A stretch of 7,355 bases of DNA, taken from the IMG/VR virus record IMGVR_UViG_2579778804_000005; one strand, 5' to 3'. The stretch is from a virus. Its lineage: Duplodnaviria; Heunggongvirae; Uroviricota; Caudoviricetes. Positions 1-6,460 of the stretch are shown piece by piece. Within the stretch, counting starts at the first letter, position 1. Every line of letters starts with the position of its first letter. The notes beneath the pieces are model-generated. The model ran no database searches. It had not been told where the DNA came from and saw only the letters and a list, made by a program, of their open reading frames with translations. A program made the translations under genes and the position numbers.

Positions 1-8
1 GGCGGGAA

Positions 9-1838
9 TTACCCGCCGTTGGATTGTCCTGATAAGCTGGTTAATGTTAATGATTTCAAGAAGCTATCCCGACTTGCTCTCGCTGTAAAATCCACATAAT
101 CGCTTAATCTGGATGTGTCAGAATTAATAGTAAGAGGAACCTCTGTTACCACTTCAAATGTAGGATTCAGATTAAACACAGGAGATAAATTATAAGCCGG
201 AGTTGTCATTGCAAGATTATTTAAAGCACCCTGTTTGAGATTGGTTATCGGTGCTTCGCTGACTGACATTTTTACATCTGACACAGAAGATTTATCATCG
301 AAAAGCAATCCCTTAATCGTATTAAATAGAGAATGACTATTATCAGGTGTAGTTGTTGCAGTGCCAGCGCCTTTATATTGATCAGGAACGAGATTAGAAA
401 GATTCTGTTTCATTCCTTCATTGCTTAATGGCGGTGCATCTCCCATATTTTTCTGAATAGCTTCCGTCTTATCATCATTACGATTAAACCAGTTTACAAT
501 CTTCATAATAGCTTCAAAGAGACTTCCTGTAGCTTCTCCCAGCTTCGTAAAATACGGAGTGAGATTAGAAAGGTTTTTCATAAACTCTTCCGTTACTTTT
601 GGATCGAGAGATTTCATAAAGCCGTCTACGAATGCTACTTGTCTTGCATCAGAAAGCTGTGAAAGCTGTCTGTTTAGTTCTCTGAATTTAACAATAGAGT
701 CTTGCTGTGTTTCTGTTAGCCATTTTCCAGAGGCTTTTTGCTGATTAATACTTTCTTGTACATCTTTAACGGAACGTTGCCAATATTTTGATGTAAGCAT
801 CAAATCATCGCCCAGGTCTTCTAAACGTTGTCCAATTTGGGAGTCTGAAAACCCTTTTTTCATCATTCCATTAACAGCCTTAGAAATTAATCCAGCCGGA
901 TTATCAGCAAATTTTTTAAGGTCGCTTTTGTTAATAACACCGATGTTTAGAAGTTCATTAATAGCGTTATCACCGCCTTTCCATTCAGATTTTCCTTTCT
1001 TGTCTTTCACCAATTCAGCTTCACTGTAAGATTTTGCGGCACGTTCCCTAACATCTTTCATCTGATCCAGGTATTTCCTAGCCCCTTGATCACCCTGGAG
1101 GCTATCGATCCCGTGTCTATAGGCCCATTCTGTAAGGTTGTACATCTGGTTAACGTCTACACCGCCAAGCCTTGCACGTTGAATTAATTCTCCTTGTGTC
1201 TCTGCGTTAGCGAAGCTATTAGCCATAAATTCAGCGGTTTTGCTTACAGCCATCACGCCAGCAGCAGCCGTAGCGCCTCCAAATAACAGAGCGCCCATAG
1301 TGGCGGAATTCCCTGATCCTCCTCCCTTAACGGGGGCTAATTGAGCTTTTCTGTTGCCATTAATCTTACGTTGTTGTTGTTGTAGGCGTTTCATCTGGCT
1401 ATTCATACGTGCAAGCGAGATAGCCCCTTGCTCATATTGTTTTGCTATCTCTCTAGCCTGTGCAATAGCTTTGTATTGTTCCGCTACAGAGAGGCGGTGC
1501 ATTGCACTGATAGAGCTTGACACATCAAGGAGTTTTAATTCTGCTTTCTCTTTACGTGCTGCTATTTGTTGCTGTTGCCTTGCCTGTGCTCTTGCTGCGG
1601 CAGCTTGTGCTCTTTGATTCTGTTTTTCTGTTTTGGCTTTCTGTTGAGCAATCTTATCTACTTCACTTTGTGCTTTCTTATAGCCTTTAGTGACATTATC
1701 AAATCTTAATTTAGCTGGCTTGATATTTTCTGCGAATTCCTTTAAGCCTGTAATAGAGTCTTTCGCTTTTTTCAAGCTGTCTTTATCTACACTAAATGTT
1801 ACTGTGTTCTTAATTTTAGAAGTGTTAATTTCTAACAT
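9..1838 (-). CDS. Large virion-associated protein (609 aa) with a Q/A/R/K-rich coiled-coil-like segment and a Gly/Ala-rich hydrophobic segment; possibly tape-measure-like or an internal/ejection protein
   Basis: Complete ORF: ATG at 1838-1836, TAA at 11-9, AGGGGA ribosome-binding site upstream. The protein has a low-complexity stretch (QNQRAQAAAARAQARQQQQIAARKEKAELK) followed by GGGSGNSATMGALLFGGATAAAGVMAV. It is the longest gene and lies downstream of the capsid gene. Being a real gene is well supported; the function is inferred from composition and position only. Confidence 0.5.
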   Translation of the reverse strand: MLEINTSKIKNTVTFSVDKDSLKKAKDSITGLKEFAENIKPAKLRFDNVTKGYKKAQSEVDKIAQQKAKTEKQNQRAQAAAARAQARQQQQIAARKEKAELKLLDVSSSISAMHRLSVAEQYKAIAQAREIAKQYEQGAISLARMNSQMKRLQQQQRKINGNRKAQLAPVKGGGSGNSATMGALLFGGATAAAGVMAVSKTAEFMANSFANAETQGELIQRARLGGVDVNQMYNLTEWAYRHGIDSLQGDQGARKYLDQMKDVRERAAKSYSEAELVKDKKGKSEWKGGDNAINELLNIGVINKSDLKKFADNPAGLISKAVNGMMKKGFSDSQIGQRLEDLGDDLMLTSKYWQRSVKDVQESINQQKASGKWLTETQQDSIVKFRELNRQLSQLSDARQVAFVDGFMKSLDPKVTEEFMKNLSNLTPYFTKLGEATGSLFEAIMKIVNWFNRNDDKTEAIQKNMGDAPPLSNEGMKQNLSNLVPDQYKGAGTATTTPDNSHSLFNTIKGLLFDDKSSVSDVKMSVSEAPITNLKQGALNNLAMTTPAYNLSPVFNLNPTFEVVTEVPLTINSDTSRLSDYVDFTARASRDSFLKSLTLTSLSGQSNGG

Positions 1839-1852
1839 TTAAAATCCCCTTA

Positions 1853-2056
1853 TTAATCATTTTTACCACCTTCTTTACTTAAGAAATGGTGTAGAGCCTG
1901 ATCAATACTCTCGTTTAGTCTGAACATACGGGCTTTTACTCCTTCATATGGAACATCTAGGAGAGAACATAGATATTTCAGATTTAACAATCCTCTAGAA
2001 TCATTAGCATCTAAATGTACGTGTACACCATTTTTTGATTTCAAAATCACTTCCAT
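1853..2056 (-). CDS. Hypothetical small protein (67 aa)
   Basis: ATG at 2056-2054 preceded by a GAGGTGA ribosome-binding site; TAA at 1855-1853, 14 nt before the next gene's ATG. Same strand and tight spacing as its neighbours. No recognisable motif. Confidence 0.55.
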   Translation of the reverse strand: MEVILKSKNGVHVHLDANDSRGLLNLKYLCSLLDVPYEGVKARMFRLNESIDQALHHFLSKEGGKND

Positions 2057-2079
2057 ATTTTAATCACCTCTCAAAATTT

Positions 2080-2123
2080 AAAAATAAATAAAAAAAAGGC
2101 GAAGCGTGAATACACGCCACGCC
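2080..2123 (-). terminator. Rho-independent terminator immediately after the capsid gene
   Basis: Hairpin at 2098-2123 (ggcgaagcgtgaatacacgccacgcc): inner 5-bp stem gcgtg/cacgc with a 4-nt loop, outer ggcg/cgcc stem across a 2-nt internal loop. On the minus strand it is followed by a long U-run (plus-strand A-run 2080-2097). It starts about 20 nt past the capsid stop codon (2145-2143). Confidence 0.6.
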
Positions 2124-2142
2124 TCTAATACACGTTAAAATA

Positions 2143-3171
2143 TTATTTCACAGTGATTTGAACGGAGAAGCCAACGCCGTGGTTTACAACCATCTGGCTA
2201 TTCTCTGTAACAACGTTAACAGCATCACCACGAGAAGATTCATAGCTATAGCTGTACACCTCAGCAGGAGCGGTATTAATCAGTTCAAAGGTGCTGGAAG
2301 CAGCCCCGTAGATGTTCTGATATACATTAGAGCCTTTAGCAAACTTCGGAACCGCTACAGCGTCTGCGGTCATATGTGCAAGGTGTAGCGGATCTACCAG
2401 TTTAATAACATCAATGTTAGTTCCTGGAATAGTGAACGCTGTCACCCCTGGCAGCAGGTCACGACGCTGATACACAACGTTCCCTTCTTCCAGTGGGCTT
2501 ACATACTGGAATGCGTTTGCCATACCCGCAGAGAATCGAATTGCAGAGAAGGCTTCCGGCTTACAGAAAACAACAATACGCTCTACAGCAGCCGCCTGGC
2601 TTTGTGCTTTCTCGATAATGTCAGTAGCAATCTGATCAAATTCTTTAAAAATCTTCGTGGTGTCAGTGCTGGAAGCGTTCACAGTGGCTTTCATAGCTGA
2701 TACGTTAAACAGCTTGCCCCACTCGATAAGAACATCGTCAGTTTTCGGGGTATGTGTCTTGCCAGAGAACAAAGAAGCCGCCAACACGCTCTCTTTTGTA
2801 CGCTGATACGCTACGTGATGTTTAGCAACATAGTCAGCATAAATATCAGTGAGTGTTTCCTGAAAATCAGTGCCAGGCTTACGCTTGCCTTGCACGTCCT
2901 GCGGTTTGATCAGGTCTTCCCTTAAAAAGTACGGGATTTCGACCAGCCATTCTTTACCTTGTTCTCGCTTAGTAACATTGTGTTCAGAAGAGAAACGAGA
3001 GGTTTCTTTGTTGAACAGAGATTCGTTAGTTTCCACCAGTTGGCTAACAGCTACTTTATGAGAACTAACGCCCACCGGATCAGTGAAGTCGAGAGTAGAA
3101 AGCAGATAGTTTCTAGTGCTATGCGCAGAGAACAAAGGAGCTAAATCAACGTAATCATTACCTAGAATCAT
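2143..3171 (-). CDS. Major capsid protein (342 aa), HK97 fold, resembling the T7 gp10 family
   Basis: Complete ORF: ATG at 3171-3169, TAA at 2145-2143, followed by an intrinsic terminator. By recall, ERIVVFCKPEAFSAI...MANAFQY...PLEEG resembles T7 gp10A DRVFYCDPDSYSAIL...MPNAANY...DPEKG, and PKFAKGSNV resembles FPANKGEGNV. Length matches gp10A (~345 aa). This is a recalled comparison, not a computed alignment. Confidence 0.62.
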   Translation of the reverse strand: MILGNDYVDLAPLFSAHSTRNYLLSTLDFTDPVGVSSHKVAVSQLVETNESLFNKETSRFSSEHNVTKREQGKEWLVEIPYFLREDLIKPQDVQGKRKPGTDFQETLTDIYADYVAKHHVAYQRTKESVLAASLFSGKTHTPKTDDVLIEWGKLFNVSAMKATVNASSTDTTKIFKEFDQIATDIIEKAQSQAAAVERIVVFCKPEAFSAIRFSAGMANAFQYVSPLEEGNVVYQRRDLLPGVTAFTIPGTNIDVIKLVDPLHLAHMTADAVAVPKFAKGSNVYQNIYGAASSTFELINTAPAEVYSYSYESSRGDAVNVVTENSQMVVNHGVGFSVQITVK

Positions 3172-3189
3172 TTATTATTATTCCTTTTA

Positions 3190-3552
3190 TTAAGAAGTGA
3201 AAACAGAATGGAACCCTTCAAGCTGGAAGCCTTTTTTAATTAATGCTGTTTTTGCTGCTTCACTTACAGCATTCAGGGCATCAGCTTTAATGCACACAAG
3301 GCCAGCATTGCTACGTAGCACATCTACAGGCTTGTTTTCTCCTGCCGTTACAAATTCACTCATAACAACATAGATATCATCTCCTGATTCATATTTAGCG
3401 CCCGTGCTTGTGATCAAGTCGCCACACTCAACATCAGCAGGAAGAGAAGCAAAAACCTTGCTTTCTACAGAGGCAAACGGATCAGTACAATAACTTACAA
3501 TATCTGTGAAAGTCTTTCTAACTGGAAACAGAGTGTCTAAATCAATAATCAT
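3190..3552 (-). CDS. Hypothetical capsid-module protein (120 aa); possibly a scaffold, decoration or assembly factor
   Basis: ATG at 3552-3550 with an AAGGAGA ribosome-binding site 7 nt upstream. The start overlaps the upstream gene's stop as ATGA (3552-3549), indicating translational coupling. TAA at 3192-3190, 18 nt before the capsid ATG. Function is guessed from position only. Confidence 0.55.
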   Translation of the reverse strand: MIIDLDTLFPVRKTFTDIVSYCTDPFASVESKVFASLPADVECGDLITSTGAKYESGDDIYVVMSEFVTAGENKPVDVLRSNAGLVCIKADALNAVSEAAKTALIKKGFQLEGFHSVFTS

Positions 3553-3761
3553 TTAGTAATCTCCTTAGCTTTTAATTTGATTAGTTCATTAAGGGAAGGT
3601 GTAGACGGAGAAGAAGGAGAAAAATATTTTTCAACACATCTTTCCACTTCCTCTACAGAACACCCAGCGTATTTAGCTACCATTTCGGTAATTTGTGGAT
3701 TAATTTTCAGCATTTCATCTCGATACTTGATGATTTGCTCTTTATCATTTAAGAACAACAT
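3549..3761 (-). CDS. Small protein (70 aa) with a helix-turn-helix-like segment; possibly DNA-binding
   Basis: ATG at 3761-3759; the TGA stop overlaps the next gene's ATG. The segment QITEMVAKYAGCSVEEVERCVEKY has HTH-like periodicity. It is the first gene after a 344-bp intergenic region containing an operator-like inverted repeat. The exact start codon is uncertain. Confidence 0.5.
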   Translation of the reverse strand: MLFLNDKEQIIKYRDEMLKINPQITEMVAKYAGCSVEEVERCVEKYFSPSSPSTPSLNELIKLKAKEITK

Positions 3762-3828
3762 TTATATAAACCTTGTTACCTTGTTTAAAGTAAGAAATAC
3801 AACTTTTAAGTTGCATAACGGGCAAAAT

Positions 3829-3855
3829 AAAAGGCAGCATTTAGAGCCGCCTTTT
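3829..3855 (-). terminator. Weak hairpin, possible terminator between the upstream operon and the structural operon
   Basis: aaaaggc (3829-3835) pairs with gcctttt (3849-3855) around a 13-nt loop. Flanked by A-rich and T-rich runs, so it could act in either direction. Only three G/C pairs in the stem. Confidence 0.25.
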
Positions 3856-3883
3856 ATTAACTTGTACCTATGTAATTACCCTA

Positions 3884-3915
3884 TGTTATGCATACTCCAA
3901 GATGTATGCATAACA
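3884..3915. promoter_or_regulatory. Perfect 12-bp inverted repeat (operator-like) upstream of the structural genes
   Basis: tgttatgcatac (3884-3895) and gtatgcataaca (3904-3915) are exact reverse complements separated by an 8-bp spacer (tccaagat). A third copy of the TGCATAAC core lies at 3812-3819. All sit in the intergenic region upstream, in transcription sense, of the ATG at 3761. Confidence 0.45.
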
Positions 3916-4105
3916 AAGGAAAAAAGAGGTAATAATGACACTTAAGGAGGAGGAGAAGCGGGGAGCGGAGATTTTACTCCCCTTTAATGACAGGAAGAAT
4001 TTTTAATATCGAACCAACAAAGGAAAAATAATCACCCCTATATAATTATATTAACATACAATATATGAAATGTCAAGATATTTTACAACTTTTTTGTTGC
4101 TTTTT

Positions 4106-4441
4106 TTATTCTTCTGTGATAGCGCCTAAGCGTTGCGCTAGTTCAACAAGTCCGTCTCCTACATAGCGAATATCAGATTCAATATCTTCTATCCAGTTTG
4201 ATAACTCCCATATCTGATCCGCTGTCAGGTATGCGTTCTCACGCTTACAGAGCATCTCTACACGCTTAGAGAGGTGTTCAAAGGCACACACAGCTAAATC
4301 CCAGTGTTTAAACGCCTCATTTAGTGCCGCTGGCGTGTTTTCTTTGTATGCTTCAAGTTCAGCGCGGTTTAAAGGCAGGAGGTAATCATCCTCATAATAA
4401 TTAATTAGTGAGTAAATTGTATCATACGTGTTTTTGTTCAT
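4106..4441 (-). CDS. Hypothetical protein (111 aa after start revision)
   Basis: The ORF track starts this gene at 4468, but that ATG and the next one (4456) have no ribosome-binding site and overlap the upstream gene. The ATG at 4441-4439 has a GGAGA site 8 nt upstream and sits 1 nt after the upstream TAA (4445-4443). TAA at 4108-4106. Confidence 0.55.
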   Translation of the reverse strand: MNKNTYDTIYSLINYYEDDYLLPLNRAELEAYKENTPAALNEAFKHWDLAVCAFEHLSKRVEMLCKRENAYLTADQIWELSNWIEDIESDIRYVGDGLVELAQRLGAITEE

Positions 4442-4442
4442 A

Positions 4443-4850
4443 TTAAAAGTCTCCATAGTGATCTGCATTATCTAAATGGAATTCAGGAACTAAATTATTT
4501 AGGCCATTGGTGGCGAGATAACCAACGTAGTGATTATAATCTTCAAATCCTAAAATCTGGTATTTGCGTAAATCAGAGCTATCAACAATATACTCTTTTC
4601 TTTTTCTAGGTTTCCAGAATACGCCAGGTGTTGAAGATAAGATTTCTTGCAAGGCGTTAAATTCATCTCCACAAGGCACAGAGGGAGAATGTTCTATGAT
4701 CTCTGTTTTCCATTCGCCAGGGGCGCTATTTTGCTTGGTGAGCGTAACTAGCTCTTTAAAGTCTTTGCGTCTTAGAATAGATTTAGGTTTACTTAGAAGA
4801 GAAGCTGAATCACCGATCTTCTTAACAACGTTGTTTTTTCTTTTTGCCAT
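4443..4850 (-). CDS. Hypothetical protein (135 aa) with a basic N-terminus (MAKRKNNVVKK)
   Basis: ATG at 4850-4848 with an AAGGAAA-type ribosome-binding site; TAA at 4445-4443. Co-directional with and tightly joined to the downstream gene. No confident family assignment. Confidence 0.55.
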   Translation of the reverse strand: MAKRKNNVVKKIGDSASLLSKPKSILRRKDFKELVTLTKQNSAPGEWKTEIIEHSPSVPCGDEFNALQEILSSTPGVFWKPRKRKEYIVDSSDLRKYQILGFEDYNHYVGYLATNGLNNLVPEFHLDNADHYGDF

Positions 4851-4982
4851 TATTTACTTTTCCTTTTCTTTTAAAGGAAAACACCCCGAAGTATGTTTCT
4901 AACGTGAGAAAGAACAATAACCAATACATAGCTACTATCATAATAATGTTTTCCTTTTATATTTTAATTACATAGAGAGATT

Positions 4983-5258
4983 TTAGAGAGTGGAATAGAT
5001 GAATTCTACTTTATCCAGTCTTTTGAGATTGAATGTAGAGAAAGATAATTCTTTAATCTCTATAACACCGAAATTTGATAGCTGTCTAAGCCAGAATTTT
5101 AAACCATCTTCAGAGCAAGCTGCTCGATGTAACACATCGCTATATTTTAGCGGTGTTGGCTTTCCTTTATAGAGGTAAGCAAGTGTTTCGTAGATGCGTT
5201 TTCCTGTGTCATTACACTGAATTCTGTCTACTTGATTTTTTACTAAATATTGAATCAT
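4983..5258 (-). CDS. Hypothetical protein (91 aa)
   Basis: ATG at 5258-5256 with a strong AAGGAGG ribosome-binding site that overlaps the stop codon of the upstream replication-initiator-like gene, suggesting coupled expression. TAA at 4985-4983. Confidence 0.55.
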   Translation of the reverse strand: MIQYLVKNQVDRIQCNDTGKRIYETLAYLYKGKPTPLKYSDVLHRAACSEDGLKFWLRQLSNFGVIEIKELSFSTFNLKRLDKVEFIYSTL

Positions 5259-5269
5259 AACCCTCCTTA

Positions 5270-5923
5270 TTAAAATGGAATATCAAAGTCATCATACACA
5301 TTTGGGTAATGCTTAGAAAAATATGCCTCAATACCATTTGGTAGCTTTAACCTGTGCTTATAGGCTAACGATGTTGCAAATTCTATAAAGGATGCTCCTG
5401 CTGTTCTGGTGTTTTTCTGCTGGCAGATAAGAGAGGCAAAATTCTCTAACACATCCTCCTCATTATCATTAGCTACCTTTTCATTTGATGAAACAGGTGT
5501 TTCTTCCGTCTCCCACGGCAAAGGCGCATCCCAATCATCAAGAACATCAAAAGAAGACTCTTTATTATCTTCTGTAGGGGGAAGCTGTTCAGGAACAGCT
5601 TTAACGGTAGCTTCTTGTTGTGTTTTGGCTTCTTGTCTAGCTTCTTCTTGTGGAATATCTACCACTTGATAGACATTAGAACTTCCTGGTCGTGCATCTT
5701 TTATAATTAATCCCATTTCGAGCAATTTCTTAACCCTTTCCTCTGCTGCTCTTGGTGTTATGCCAAAAACATCGCCTATCTTAGCGTAAGAGGGAAATGC
5801 ACGATCAAACCCTTTCAGATAGCAGTAAAGGTTTTTAGCACTATCTGTAAATTTATGCCCGTTTACTTGGCTTATTTTTAGAATCCACATAGGAACTTTT
5901 ACAAATTGTTCTTCATTAATCAT
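5270..5923 (-). CDS. Replication-initiator / replisome-organiser-like protein (217 aa): N-terminal winged-HTH, acidic linker, C-terminal DDFDIPF tail
   Basis: ATG at 5923-5921 with an AAGGAGA ribosome-binding site. The N-terminus (VPMWILKIS...YAKIGDVFGITPRAAEERVKKLLEMGLI) is typical of HTH replication-initiator and phage replisome-organiser N-domains. The middle is acidic and Pro/Glu-rich. The last residues NVYDDFDIPF were checked codon by codon at 5302-5273, with TAA at 5272-5270. Confidence 0.6.
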   Translation of the reverse strand: MINEEQFVKVPMWILKISQVNGHKFTDSAKNLYCYLKGFDRAFPSYAKIGDVFGITPRAAEERVKKLLEMGLIIKDARPGSSNVYQVVDIPQEEARQEAKTQQEATVKAVPEQLPPTEDNKESSFDVLDDWDAPLPWETEETPVSSNEKVANDNEEDVLENFASLICQQKNTRTAGASFIEFATSLAYKHRLKLPNGIEAYFSKHYPNVYDDFDIPF

Positions 5924-5974
5924 TAAAAATCTCCTTATAAATCACGCTTAATGCGCTACTAAAGTGAATGAGGA

Positions 5975-6142
5975 TCACTTACCCTTTTTTTGTTTGATGT
6001 TCTCTGCTGCTTCAGTAATGATTTCTAACATCAAATCACTGACCATAATTTGCCTTTTCTTGGCTTCAGCAAATAAAACCTTGAAGATTTCAGGGTCAAC
6101 GTGTAGGTAAGTACGCGGAATTGGTTTCTTGGTTTCGCTCAT
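5975..6142 (-). CDS. Ribbon-helix-helix (CopG/Arc/MetJ-type) DNA-binding protein, 55 aa, absent from the ORF track
   Basis: Manual translation: ATG at 6142-6140 with an AAGGAGA ribosome-binding site, TGA at 5977-5975. Product MSETKKPIPRTYLHVDPEIFKVLFAEAKKRQIMVSDLMLEIITEAAENIKQKKGK shows the classic strand-helix-helix pattern (TYLHVDPEIF... then ...SDLMLEII). It lies 19 nt after the 62-aa gene and 51 nt before the replication gene. Confidence 0.6.
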   Translation of the reverse strand: MSETKKPIPRTYLHVDPEIFKVLFAEAKKRQIMVSDLMLEIITEAAENIKQKKGK

Positions 6143-6161
6143 AGTTTTCTCCTTCTATTCT

Positions 6162-6350
6162 TTACTCTGTTTCAGATTCTTTTTCATTTTTTCTTAGTTC
6201 ATCAATAATCTTGAGTGCTTCATTGAAGCAAGCTGCTCGCTCTGGATAACCTCGACTCCTTGCCATATTACGATTCATTACTACTTGATGGCGTGTAAGC
6301 TCACCTTTTTTAAATGCCTCCACGACGTGTTCTGATGTAAACCATTTCAT
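6162..6350 (-). CDS. Hypothetical small protein (62 aa), first gene of the regulatory/replication operon
   Basis: ATG at 6350-6348 with an AAGGAG ribosome-binding site 6 nt upstream; TAA at 6164-6162. It lies downstream of a predicted sigma70-type promoter. Basic/acidic composition, no confident motif. Confidence 0.5.
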   Translation of the reverse strand: MKWFTSEHVVEAFKKGELTRHQVVMNRNMARSRGYPERAACFNEALKIIDELRKNEKESETE

Positions 6351-6460
6351 AAAAAACTCCTTATTCAGTTAAAAGAAAAACACCTTGCAAGCCTGACGGC
6401 TTCAAAGTGCATTGATTTTGATTATTTAGAGAAGAATGTTTTTCTGTCCCTCTAATACCT

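Noticed and set aside
559-744. Plus-strand ORF (61 aa) from the ORF track
   Set aside because: Lies entirely antisense within the 609-aa minus-strand gene, has no ribosome-binding site and a Cys/Ser-rich composition typical of a shadow ORF.
1354-1617. Plus-strand ORF (87 aa), Cys-rich
   Set aside because: It is the antisense reading of the Q/A-rich low-complexity coding stretch of the 609-aa gene.
2158-3144. Three plus-strand ORFs (2158-2388, 2870-3061, 2959-3144)
   Set aside because: All lie antisense inside the capsid gene, lack ribosome-binding sites and overlap one another.
2143-3171. Lambda gpE-type capsid assignment, based on an AFQYVSPLEEGNVV stretch resembling lambda E ALYVSPIVSGEVI
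   Set aside because: The motif lies near residue 215 here but near residue 50 in lambda E, so it is probably coincidental; the recalled T7 gp10 resemblance is collinear and spans several blocks.
3577-3945. Plus-strand ORF (122 aa) spanning the 70-aa gene and the intergenic region
   Set aside because: Antisense to a well-supported gene, runs through the operator-like inverted repeat, and has no ribosome-binding site.
3935-4006. Tiny plus-strand ORF (23 aa) with an AGAGG sequence just upstream
   Set aside because: Too short to support and the spacing to the ATG is only 4-5 nt; the nearby ggag/ctcc hairpins are more likely regulatory structure.
3762-4105. LexA/SOS box (Cheo-box GAAC-N4-GTTC or CTGT-N8-ACAG) in the intergenic regions
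   Set aside because: No match to either consensus by eye; the inverted repeat present has a different core (GTTATGCAT).
4119-4139. Hairpin tagcgc-N9-gcgcta
   Set aside because: Lies inside the C-terminal coding region of the 111-aa gene (stop at 4108-4106), so it is not a terminator.
4564-4902. Plus-strand ORF (112 aa)
   Set aside because: Antisense to the 135-aa gene, no ribosome-binding site.
5409-5669. Plus-strand ORF (86 aa), Ser/Cys-rich
   Set aside because: Antisense to the acidic linker of the replication-initiator-like gene; low-complexity mirror of that region.
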